In this document: in pieces, positions 16,398 through 24,484 of the stretch
Layout of the letters: every line of letters begins with the position of its first letter
Position numbering within the stretch: position 1 is the stretch's first letter
Assembly (NCBI RefSeq): GCF_000023965.1
Contig: NC_013202.1
Location: 1,230,001 to 1,262,000, forward strand
DNA from: Halomicrobium mukohataei DSM 12286
Lineage (GTDB): Archaea; Halobacteriota; Halobacteria; Halobacteriales; Haloarculaceae
DNA: 32,000 bases
Direction: 5' to 3'
The notes under the pieces: model-generated
What the model was told of the DNA's origin: nothing
Seen by the model: only the letters and a program-made list of their open reading frames with translations
The model's database searches: none
Position numbers and translations under genes: made by a program

Positions 16398-17012
16398 ATG
16401 GCAGAAGACGCCGCCGAAGCGGGAGCCAGCGGGGCGACTGGCGACGCCATCGAGACCGGCATCCACTCCGACGGCGACGGAGACGGACCGGACGCCGACG
16501 AGGACGCGAACGACGCGTACGACGGCCTGTTCGGTGCCTTTCCGTACGCCTTCCGGTCGAGTGACTCCGTCCTGTTTCGCACCTACGTCGTCGTCGGCGG
16601 ACTGGCCGCACTGGCGACCGGGCTGTTGTTCACCCTCGCGCTCGTCGTCCTGATCGGCGAGACGATCGGCGGGGGCGGCGGTCAGTTCAGTTTCGTCCGA
16701 GCCTTCTTCGTCTTCGTGGGGATGCTCGTGGTCGCGCCGCTGATCGCGCCGGTGCTGTTCGTCGCCCGTCGCATCCGACGCGGACACGCCGACAGGCGGT
16801 TCGCTGCCGTCCTGGCGGGACTGGGCTATGGCTTTCTCGGGTCGCTGTATCTCGGGGCGCTGATCTCCGCCCCGGCGACACAGCAGACGCTGCCGTCGAA
16901 TCCACTGCTCTCGGCCGTCGTCGCGGGACTGTACGATCTGCCGCGACTCGCCGGACTCGCTCCGCCGCTGGTCGTCGCCGGAGCGATGGCGGTCGTCGCG
17001 CGCCGTTGGTGA
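16398..17012 (+). CDS. Membrane protein of unknown function (204 aa) with an acidic N-terminal tail and 4 predicted TM helices
   Basis: MAEDAAEAGASG...DGDGDGPDADEDANDAYDG is followed by the hydrophobic segments VVVGGLAALATGLLFTLALVVLIG, FFVFVGMLVVAPLIAPVLFV and others. Confidence 0.6.
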   Translation: MAEDAAEAGASGATGDAIETGIHSDGDGDGPDADEDANDAYDGLFGAFPYAFRSSDSVLFRTYVVVGGLAALATGLLFTLALVVLIGETIGGGGGQFSFVRAFFVFVGMLVVAPLIAPVLFVARRIRRGHADRRFAAVLAGLGYGFLGSLYLGALISAPATQQTLPSNPLLSAVVAGLYDLPRLAGLAPPLVVAGAMAVVARRW

Positions 17013-17060
17013 CCGGCCGGAACCGTGACGGGCAAAAGCACTCGGTCGCTACGGAGAGAC

Positions 17061-17516
17061 ATGAAATCGAGCACGTTCCTCGTGACCGCTGCCGACGACG
17101 AGACGGCGACGCTGCGCGACGTGGTCGACCAGCAGGTCGTCACGCTCTCGGAGAATCCTGGCCTCGCCGCCGACGAGGTGATCGAGGCCACCGTCGAACC
17201 GGAACCACCGCTCGAAGTCGCCTACCAGATCGTCGAGCTCGAGCGCCAGTGGGAGATCCCGGTCGAGCGGAGCCCGGAATCGCCGACGACTCTCGCTCGC
17301 GACATCGCCGCCGAGCAGGCCGACGGCGAGATCACCAAACGCGAACGCGCCGGTGAGGGCGAGGTCCACGTCCTGACGGTTCCCGATGCCGAGGCAGCAG
17401 CCGACGACGTGCTCGACGACGACGCGACCAGGGAACGAGCCGCCCGGCTCGGCGTCGATCGAGTCAGTGTGCGGGCCGGCGACGGCGTCGTCTCGGTCCG
17501 GTACCTGCCGAACTGA
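17061..17516 (+). CDS. Acidic cytosolic protein of unknown function (151 aa)
   Basis: MKSSTFLVTAADDETATLRDVVDQQVVTLSENPGL... shows haloarchaeal composition. Start taken at the ATG after the basic, non-protein-like 12 codons of the track ORF. Confidence 0.6.
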   Translation: MKSSTFLVTAADDETATLRDVVDQQVVTLSENPGLAADEVIEATVEPEPPLEVAYQIVELERQWEIPVERSPESPTTLARDIAAEQADGEITKRERAGEGEVHVLTVPDAEAAADDVLDDDATRERAARLGVDRVSVRAGDGVVSVRYLPN

Positions 17517-17653
17517 TCGGGGCCGTCGATCGCTCCGGCCAGGACCACTGGGCGTCGGGGACTGTGCCGTGTCTCGGCTGCGGCGACGCTGTCGTCGTGT
17601 CCGTGTGTCGCGAGATAAGAAGGCTTATTCGGGGGGCTCGCACACCCACGCCC

Positions 17654-18562
17654 ATGAACGCGTTCGAGGTACCGGAGGTCGATTACGACCAGTACACGAA
17701 CCGCCAGCTGGCGGCCGTGCCGCTGGCGGTGCTCGCCCTCGCGATACTGATTCTGGTCGGGTGGTCCCTGTTCGTCTCCGGATCGGTTGCAGCGCCCGGT
17801 GCGCCCGTTACGCCGGGAATCGACTTCACGGGTGGCTCCGAACTGACAGTCGTCACGTCGATGTCCAAGGCGGAGATCGGCGACGAGTTCGACACCGAAC
17901 CGATCTCGGTCCAGCAGGCCGCCGAGAACGCGGAGGCCGAGACCGTCGGACCGAACGAGAACCAGTACATCGTCCGGTTCCAGTCGTTCGACACGGAGTC
18001 GCTGCGGGACCAGGCCCAGAGTGCCGACATGCAGCTCCTCTCGAGCTCGTCGACCTCTGCGACCTTCGGCGGTGACAACCAGACGACGGCGGTCGTCGGC
18101 GTGTTGATCGCCTTCGCCGGGATGAGTGCGATCGTCTTCGCGCTCTTTCGATCGTTCGTCCCGAGTATCGCGGTCGTCGTCTCCGCGTTCTCCGACATCG
18201 TCATCCCGCTGGCGGCGATGAACGTCCTCGGGATCGAGCTGTCGCTGGGGACCGTCGCCGCGCTGCTGATGCTGATCGGTTACAGCGTCGACTCGGACAT
18301 CCTCCTGAACAACCACATCCTGCGTCGCTCGGGGTCGTTCTACGAGAGCGTCCACCGCGCGATGGAGACCGGTGTGACGATGACACTCACGTCGCTGTCG
18401 GCGATGGCAGTGATGGCAGTGGTCGCTTCGTTCTTCAACATCCAGCTGATGGCCTCGATCGGGACTGTGCTGGTGATCGGGCTGGCGGCCGACCTGATGA
18501 ACACCTACATGTTGAACCTCTCGTTGCTTCGCTGGTACAAGTTCGAGGGGGTGAACCGATGA
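17654..18562 (+). CDS. secF: Protein-export membrane protein SecF (302 aa)
   Basis: N-terminal TM helix, a periplasmic-type domain, then a 5-TM bundle (LIAFAGMSAIVFALFRSF...GYSVDSDILL). The archaeal gene order is secF then secD. An A/T box GAGATAAGAAGGCTTATTC lies upstream. Confidence 0.9.
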   Translation: MNAFEVPEVDYDQYTNRQLAAVPLAVLALAILILVGWSLFVSGSVAAPGAPVTPGIDFTGGSELTVVTSMSKAEIGDEFDTEPISVQQAAENAEAETVGPNENQYIVRFQSFDTESLRDQAQSADMQLLSSSSTSATFGGDNQTTAVVGVLIAFAGMSAIVFALFRSFVPSIAVVVSAFSDIVIPLAAMNVLGIELSLGTVAALLMLIGYSVDSDILLNNHILRRSGSFYESVHRAMETGVTMTLTSLSAMAVMAVVASFFNIQLMASIGTVLVIGLAADLMNTYMLNLSLLRWYKFEGVNR

Positions 18563-20199
18563 GCGGGCTCCGCGACAACTGGCGGATCATCCTGCTGGTC
18601 GTGCTCGCCCTCGGGAGTACCGTGACGCTACTGGTCCCCGGCGCGACGGTCGCGACCGGCGACAACGCGACGGCCCAGACCGACGGCGCGAACGCCTCCG
18701 CGGCGGGCATCACGAACCTCCAGTACGGGATTCAACTCGACGGCGGTTCGCGCATCCGAGCACCGATCGTCGGGATCACCGCCGAAAACGTCGACATCCA
18801 GCCCGTCGGCCGTGGTGACGAGACCAACGAGACGATCGCCATCGAGGACGAACTCGTCTCGCAACTCGGCGTCGATCCCGTCGACGTGAACGCGCGCGCA
18901 CCCAACGAGCCAAACGCCGACGGCACCGTCGAGGTGTACACCGAGAACGTCACGCAGGCCGAACTCGCCGCCGCCCTCCAAGAGCAGGGCTACGACGTGT
19001 CCGAGAGCGACGTTCGCGACGGCGTGACCCGAGCGACCCGCGACGAGATGGTCGAAGTGATAGACGAGAAGCTCTCCCAGTCCGCGCTCAGCGGCGGGAG
19101 CGTCCAGTCGGCCCAGTCGGCCACCGGACAGAACTTCGTCGTCATCGAGGCACCGGGCCGCGACATCGACGAGCTCCGCTCGATCGTCGCCAACCGCGGG
19201 ATCGTCCGCGTGTACGGTGGCTACGCCGCCGACAACGGAACGTTCGTCCGCCAGCAGATCGTCAGCCGGGAGGACATCGACGGCATCGGGAACGCCCGAA
19301 AGGTCGACGGGCGACAGGGGTACCGGGTCAGCGTCACGATTCGAGAAGACGCGGTCGACCAGTTCCTCGACGGTGTTCGGGCGACCGGACTCGACGAGCC
19401 AAACACCGCACGCGGGGCGATCAGCTGCGAGTACAACGCCGAGAACCCGAACCAGAGCTCGGGCAAGTGTCTGATCGCGTCGCTGAACAACGAGGTCGTC
19501 ACCGCCAAGGGCGTCTCGCCGGGGCTGGTCCAGCTCTTTGCCGACGGGAGTTTCGCGAACGATCCGACCTTCGTCATCGAGACCAACACCCGCGAGGAAG
19601 CGCGCAACATCGAGCTCAGCCTGAAGGCGGGCCAGCCACTGCCCGCGCCGCTCGACTTCCAGAACGCACAGACCACCTCGCTGGAGCCGGCACTGGCAGA
19701 CCAGTTCAAGACGAACTCGCTGATCACGGGTATCATCGCCGTCCTCGCGGTGTCGATCGCCGTCTACCTGCGCTACGGCGATCCCCGCGTGGCGGTGCCG
19801 ATGATCGTCACCGCACTCTCCGAGGTGTTGCTCCTGCTCGGGTTCGTCTCGGCCATCCAGTTCCCGCTGGACCTGTCACACATCGCCGGGTTCATCGCGG
19901 TGATCGGGACGGGGGTGGACGACCTGATCATCATCGCCGACGAGATCCTCCAACGCGAGGGGGTCGCCACGGGCCGAGTGTTCCAGAACCGCTTCCGCAA
20001 GGCGTTCTGGGTGATCGGAGCCGCCGCCGCGACGACGATCATCGCCATGAGCCCGCTGACGGTGCTCGGTCTCGGTGATCTCACCGGGTTCGCCATCATC
20101 ACCATCGTCGGCGTCCTCATCGGCGTCCTGATCACGCGGCCGGCCTACGGTGACATCCTCCGCCGGCTGGTGCTGGACGAGGAAGAGCGAAGCGAGTAG
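18559..20199 (+). CDS. secD: Protein-export membrane protein SecD (546 aa)
   Basis: N-terminal TM helix, a large acidic extracytoplasmic domain and a C-terminal 5-TM bundle (IAVIGTGVDDLIIIADE). The start overlaps the secF stop (ATGA at 18559-18562). A T-rich tract GCGTTTTTCTG follows the stop. Confidence 0.9.
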   Translation: MSGLRDNWRIILLVVLALGSTVTLLVPGATVATGDNATAQTDGANASAAGITNLQYGIQLDGGSRIRAPIVGITAENVDIQPVGRGDETNETIAIEDELVSQLGVDPVDVNARAPNEPNADGTVEVYTENVTQAELAAALQEQGYDVSESDVRDGVTRATRDEMVEVIDEKLSQSALSGGSVQSAQSATGQNFVVIEAPGRDIDELRSIVANRGIVRVYGGYAADNGTFVRQQIVSREDIDGIGNARKVDGRQGYRVSVTIREDAVDQFLDGVRATGLDEPNTARGAISCEYNAENPNQSSGKCLIASLNNEVVTAKGVSPGLVQLFADGSFANDPTFVIETNTREEARNIELSLKAGQPLPAPLDFQNAQTTSLEPALADQFKTNSLITGIIAVLAVSIAVYLRYGDPRVAVPMIVTALSEVLLLLGFVSAIQFPLDLSHIAGFIAVIGTGVDDLIIIADEILQREGVATGRVFQNRFRKAFWVIGAAAATTIIAMSPLTVLGLGDLTGFAIITIVGVLIGVLITRPAYGDILRRLVLDEEERSE

Positions 20200-20262
20200 C
20201 ACGGTCGCGTTTTTCTGCCCGCTACCGCTGTACGGCCGCGCGAACCGTCGGTGGCTGCGCGT

Positions 20263-20895
20263 TCAGAACGACGCCAGCGAGGACTGTTCGGCGGCGGCGA
20301 GCACGTCGTCGCAGGTCGACCACGAGGTCCGCGCGCAGTCGGGCAACGCGCCGTGCTCGTCGACGTACCGTTTCAGAAACTCGCGTGTCGCCGGATCGCT
20401 CGGGTAGCCGCTGCCGACGGCTCCGAACTCGTCGGCCAGCGCCGCGACGTGGGCCTCGCGGGCGGACTTGGCGACGATACTGGCCGCTCCGACGAGCGGG
20501 TCGGTCTCGTCGGCCCCGTGTGCGGAGCCGAGGTCGATTTCGGAGTCGACCCGGTCGGCCACCCGCCGGCCGAACCGCTCGGCGTCCGTGTCTCCGGCGT
20601 CGACCAGCCCCGAGAGACCGTCGGTCGCGACCGCCGAGAGCGCCTCGGCGTGGGCGGCGACGGTCAGCGTGTTCATGTCCGTCTCGGGATCGTCGATCCG
20701 TTCGGGCGTGATCTCGGCGAGCCCGACCGCCGCGACCGACCGGATCGCCTCGGCCAGTCGCTCCCGTCGCTCGTCGGGAATCCCCTTCGAGTCACCGACG
20801 CCGTCGGGGAGGTCGCCGGGATCACAGCGGACCGCCGCGGCGAACATCGATCCCAGCACCGGCCCCTTTCCGGCCTCGTCGACGCCAAATCGCAT
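20263..20895 (-). CDS. rnhB: Ribonuclease HII (210 aa)
   Basis: MRFGVDEAGKGPVLGSMFAAAV...GDSKGIP...AASIVAK...GSGYPSD shows the catalytic DEDD motifs. The upstream part of the 348-aa track ORF is Pro/Arg/Ser-rich artefact overlapping the next gene. Confidence 0.92.
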   Translation of the reverse strand: MRFGVDEAGKGPVLGSMFAAAVRCDPGDLPDGVGDSKGIPDERRERLAEAIRSVAAVGLAEITPERIDDPETDMNTLTVAAHAEALSAVATDGLSGLVDAGDTDAERFGRRVADRVDSEIDLGSAHGADETDPLVGAASIVAKSAREAHVAALADEFGAVGSGYPSDPATREFLKRYVDEHGALPDCARTSWSTCDDVLAAAEQSSLASF

Positions 20896-20938
20896 CGCTC
20901 GTGGTGATGGCGAGGGGCGGCAAAACCGTTGTGGTCGC

Positions 20939-21550
20939 TTACGCGAGCCGCGAGAAGGCCAGCGTCCCGCTGATGTTCTCGATGTAGATCTCCACCTCGT
21001 CGCCTTCCTGGGCGCCGGGGACGAAGATCGTGTACTTGCCCTTCTCGGCGACGCCGTCGCCCTCGCGGCCGGTGCCGGTGATCTTGACCTCGTAGGTCTC
21101 GCCCTCTTCGAGGGTCGGCCGGTCGGTCTGGGTGTTCTTGGTCGACTCCTTGGTGACGGGGCGGAAGGCACCGCAGGCCTCACAGCGGAGCATGTCGACG
21201 CCGTCCTCGGTGGTGAGTCGGGTGTCGGGCAGGCCACACTCCGAGCAGGTGACGTACTCGGCGACGTAGGCGTCGATAGCGGCCTCGAAGTCGCTGACGG
21301 CGAAGTCACCGTTGTAGCGCGCTTCGTTGCCGTCGAACTGGCCGTTGGTCCCGAATTCGCGCTGGATCGTCCGGTGGACGTGCTTTGCCTCTCGCGAGAG
21401 CGCGTCGGCGATGGCCTGGAGGTTCGTCAGTCGTGTGAACGCGCCGTCCGTCTGTCCTTCGGGGTCCGGAACCGACAGGCGTTCACCCGCGTCCCGCGGC
21501 TGGTCGGGGAGCGCGTCGAACGCCCGATCGAGGGCTGCATCGTAGTTCAT
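20939..21550 (-). CDS. eif2b: Translation initiation factor aIF2 beta subunit fused to a C-terminal TRAM domain (203 aa)
   Basis: NLQAIADALSREAKHVHRTIQREFGTNG and the zinc ribbon CSECGLPDT...CEACG mark aIF2-beta. GETYEVKITGTGREGDGVAEKGKYTIFVPGAQEGDEVEIYIENISGTLAFSRL marks TRAM. I recall this fusion being annotated in haloarchaea. Confidence 0.9.
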   Translation of the reverse strand: MNYDAALDRAFDALPDQPRDAGERLSVPDPEGQTDGAFTRLTNLQAIADALSREAKHVHRTIQREFGTNGQFDGNEARYNGDFAVSDFEAAIDAYVAEYVTCSECGLPDTRLTTEDGVDMLRCEACGAFRPVTKESTKNTQTDRPTLEEGETYEVKITGTGREGDGVAEKGKYTIFVPGAQEGDEVEIYIENISGTLAFSRLA

Positions 21551-21751
21551 ACCTAGGTCTTGCGACTGGGACGTATATGGGTTCCGTCGTCGTCCCGAGC
21601 GGCCGTCGTCGGGCGGATAACCCCTGTTTTCACCGGCCGGCGGCTGGACGACGCACCGGGATACGGTCGCGTTATCCTCGGATGCCAGTGGACAACGTGG
21701 GATTACCGCTCGCCGGGGCCGACGGCGACCCGCGGTCCCGCAGGATGGCGA

Positions 21752-21758
21752 TTTATAA
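21752..21758 (+). promoter_or_regulatory. TATA box (TTTATAA) for the DUF4397-like gene
   Basis: Near-consensus TATA element about 35 nt upstream of ATG 21790. It argues for the MSRNART start rather than the upstream in-frame codons of the track ORF. Confidence 0.5.
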
Positions 21759-21789
21759 CAAAACGGTGCTGGGCCGACGACGCGAGTGT

Positions 21790-22737
21790 ATGTCACGAAA
21801 CGCACGGACGATCGGTGCGCTGATCGCGTCGCTACTGGTGGCCGGCAGTCTCCTGACGGCCGGCGGTGTCGTCGCGACACAGCTGACCGACGACAGCGCG
21901 GAGCCGGCGACACAGGACACGTCGTATCTCCGCGTCGCACACGCTTCCCCCGACGCGCCGGCAGTCGACGTGACCGTCGACAACGAGACCGTCGTCGCGG
22001 ATCTCTCCTTCGGCGAGGTCGGTGAGTACCTGACGCTGTCGGCGGGGACGTACAACGTCACGATCGCCGCCAACGAGTCCGGGACCGTCGTCTTCGACGA
22101 CACGGTGACGGTCGACCCCCGTTCGGTCACGACCGTCGCGGCGGCCGGCGAAGTGAGCGAGGACGCGACCGTTCCGTTCTCGCCGATCCTCTACGACGAC
22201 AACGCCTACGAGCCGGCAGCCGGTGAGTCGGCAATCAGCGTCCTCCACCTCTCGCCCGACGCGCCGGCCGTCGACGTGACCGTCGGCACGGGCAACGAGA
22301 CGACCGTCCTCGCGGAGAACGTCTCCTACGGCGAGGCGTCGGACTACGTCACCGTCCCGGCCGGGAACTACACCGTCGACGTTCGCGAGGCGACCGCGGA
22401 CAACGACGGACCGATCGTGGCGACGACCGAGATCGCACTGGACAACGGCAGCGCCCACTCCGCGCTGGCGATCGGGACCGTCGACGGCGAGAGCGAACCG
22501 TTCCAGGTGATCCGCACGGAGGACGCGACCGTCGACGTGGAACTGCCCGACACCGAGACGCCCACGCCGACGATCACGCCGCCGCCGGTCGACAACGCGA
22601 CCGAGACGCCCGGTGAGAACACGACTGAGACGCCCGGCGATACCACGACCGAGACTGAATCGGGAGAGAGTACGATGACGGAAGCGCCGTCGCCGACCGA
22701 GACCTCGGAGCCGGTCGAGACCGAAGCGGGTGCTTGA
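21790..22737 (+). CDS. Secreted DUF4397-like repeat glycoprotein (315 aa)
   Basis: Signal peptide MSRNARTIGALIASLLVAGSLLTAGGVVA. Two internal repeats (LRVAHASPDAPAVDVTVDNETVV...GTYNVTI and ISVLHLSPDAPAVDVTVGTGNETTV...GNYTVDV). Many N-x-S/T sequons and a Thr/Glu/Pro-rich tail. Confidence 0.8.
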   Translation: MSRNARTIGALIASLLVAGSLLTAGGVVATQLTDDSAEPATQDTSYLRVAHASPDAPAVDVTVDNETVVADLSFGEVGEYLTLSAGTYNVTIAANESGTVVFDDTVTVDPRSVTTVAAAGEVSEDATVPFSPILYDDNAYEPAAGESAISVLHLSPDAPAVDVTVGTGNETTVLAENVSYGEASDYVTVPAGNYTVDVREATADNDGPIVATTEIALDNGSAHSALAIGTVDGESEPFQVIRTEDATVDVELPDTETPTPTITPPPVDNATETPGENTTETPGDTTTETESGESTMTEAPSPTETSEPVETEAGA

Positions 22738-22818
22738 TACGGACGGTTGTAGGCGTTTACCCAGTCGACCGCACGACGGCGTGCGGTCGATCTGGTAAAG
22801 ACCTACAACTTTCCGTAT
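22737..22818. repeat. 82-nt long imperfect hairpin, copy 2 of the box-conserved palindromic element
   Basis: ATACGG ACGG TTGTAG GCGT TTACC [32 nt self-complementary: CAGTCGACCGCAC GACGGC GTGCGGTCGATCT] GGTAA AGAC CTACAA CTTT CCGTAT. Its first base is the last base of the TGA stop (22735-22737). Confidence 0.7.
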
Positions 22819-23014
22819 GAGACGGCGGCTATAGCGATATTTCGGCGACAACAGTGGCGTCGCTCTCGTCGGTGAGTTCGGTGAAAACGTTGTCCGTCGC
22901 GCCGCGGTGGCGGTCCGGAGAGAGAAGCGCCGTCGCCGGCCGGCGGGAGACCCGCGACCGGTTCGGCTTCACACGCCGCGAGGCGTGGTCAGCACCGACA
23001 GCGGCTTCGAAACG

Positions 23015-23209
23015 TTAGTTGCGGACGACGTTCGTCGCGCGGGGGCCTTTGTCGGCCTGTTCGATGTCGAAATCGACGTCTGTGCCTTCTTCGAGGTCCG
23101 GGCCGCCCACGTCTTCCATGTGGAAGAAAACGTCGTCGTCCGCATCCTCTGTCTCGATGAAACCGTAACCGCCTGTGTCGTTGAAGAAATCGACAGTACC
23201 GTTTGCCAT
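23015..23209 (-). CDS. csp: Cold-shock domain protein (64 aa)
   Basis: MANGTVDFFNDTGGYGFIETEDADDDVFFHMEDVGGPDLEEGTDVDFDIEQADKGPRATNVVRN carries the RNP1-like GYGFI and RNP2-like VFFH motifs. The track ORF start (23251) adds 14 non-conserved codons. Confidence 0.93.
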   Translation of the reverse strand: MANGTVDFFNDTGGYGFIETEDADDDVFFHMEDVGGPDLEEGTDVDFDIEQADKGPRATNVVRN

Positions 23210-23413
23210 TGCAATTAACGAAATGCCAGTCACGGGGATAAAGGCTTGCATTTCGTTTTCTTTGCTCCGGTTCTACTGGACGTTTGATTTCCATGCGTCG
23301 CCTTTCGCGCACATCGGTGACGGTACGTCCACGCTCGCGCCTATTTTCTGTGGGTTCCACTCGCCTTCCGGCGAAAGCCGACGAAACGGCAGTTCCCAGA
23401 CGACGACAGTCGT

Positions 23414-24484
23414 TCACACCATCGCACTGTCGTCGATCCCGGGGTGCTCGCTGGCGTAGGCGACCAGCCTGTCGGCGTAGCTCTCGAACAGCGGGCAGGC
23501 GATTCCGGTCCCAGACAGCGCGCTGCGGGTGTTCGTGTCGGTGTAGGTCGTCGGGTGGGTGAGATACGGCATCGCTGCCGGTTCGAGGCCGTATCGCTCG
23601 GCGACGCCCGGGAGTCGGTCCAGCAACGCCGTCGAGCATCCCGCGGTCCCGCGCAGAGGGACGACGGTCTGTCCGGTCGCTCGCCCGAACGCGCGCAGGA
23701 TGCCGACGACCGTCGGCGGGTGGGGGTTGCACAGCTGGTACACCTCGCCGACGGTGTCGGCCCGCGCGGACAGTGCGGCGACGGCGTCGACGACGAAGTC
23801 CCGCGGCACGACGTTCATCGTCGTCGGCTTTGCGGGTGCGGGCGCGACGGCGATCCGTGGCTGGCGACGGAGCAGGGCCAGGAGGTAGTAGGGGCCGTCG
23901 TACTTCTGGGTCGCGCCGATCTGGCTGTCGCCGACGGCGATCGCCGGCCGGTAGATCGTCGCCGGCAGGCCCGCGGCCATTCGCTCCTGGACGGCGACCT
24001 CGGCGGCGAACTTCGTCGCTTCGTAGTGGTTGTTGAACGACTGCCCGACGTCGAGGTCCGCGTGCGTGAACGCTCCGTCGTGGCGGCCGCTGACGTAGCA
24101 GGTGCTGACGTAGTGCAAGCGGTCGACGCCCGCCCGTTCTGCGAACGCCAGCACGTGCTCGGTCCCGTCGACGTTGACCCGCTCGGCCAGCCGGTGCTCG
24201 ACGCCGAGGTCGTACACCGCGGCCAGGTGATACACCGTCCTCGTCGCCGCTCGCAGCGACGCTGGGTCGTCCAGCCCGAGGTCGGGATCGGTGATGTCGC
24301 CCTCGACGAGCCGGACTCGTCCGGCCTCGACTCCGGCGGCCTCGGTCAGCGATCGCCGCCGTCGCCGGGCCTCCTCTCGGTAGGCCGGCTGGACCAGGCA
24401 GGTGATCTGTTCGTCGCCACGCTCCAGCAGCCGCTCGACCAGTGCCGACCCCAGGAAGCCGGGGAAGCCGGTGAGAAACTGCAC
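23414..24484 (-). CDS. Extended SDR / thioester(acyl-CoA)-reductase-like NAD(P)-binding oxidoreductase (356 aa, GTG start)
   Basis: Rossmann motif TGFPGFLGSALV at residues 5-16 after the GTG start, YHLAA, and the catalytic Y-x3-K in NNHYEATKFAAE (NAD_binding_4 / male-sterility-type pattern). There is no ATG upstream of the Rossmann motif. The GTG (24482-24484) overlaps the ALDH stop by 1 nt. Confidence 0.8.
   Translation of the reverse strand: MQFLTGFPGFLGSALVERLLERGDEQITCLVQPAYREEARRRRRSLTEAAGVEAGRVRLVEGDITDPDLGLDDPASLRAATRTVYHLAAVYDLGVEHRLAERVNVDGTEHVLAFAERAGVDRLHYVSTCYVSGRHDGAFTHADLDVGQSFNNHYEATKFAAEVAVQERMAAGLPATIYRPAIAVGDSQIGATQKYDGPYYLLALLRRQPRIAVAPAPAKPTTMNVVPRDFVVDAVAALSARADTVGEVYQLCNPHPPTVVGILRAFGRATGQTVVPLRGTAGCSTALLDRLPGVAERYGLEPAAMPYLTHPTTYTDTNTRSALSGTGIACPLFESYADRLVAYASEHPGIDDSAMV

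Noticed and set aside
21590-21745. The GC-rich middle of the 240-nt divergent spacer between aIF2-beta and the DUF4397-like gene, considered as a possible small RNA.
   Set aside because: It has only short, weak stems and no terminator-like T runs or promoter-like A/T boxes other than those serving the two flanking genes. Nothing can be supported from the sequence alone.
22738-22870. A possible read-through or frameshifted C-terminal anchor (PGF-CTERM/TM) of the DUF4397-like protein downstream of its stop.
   Set aside because: No frame downstream encodes a PGF motif or a hydrophobic helix followed by basic residues. The sequence is instead the 82-nt hairpin element.
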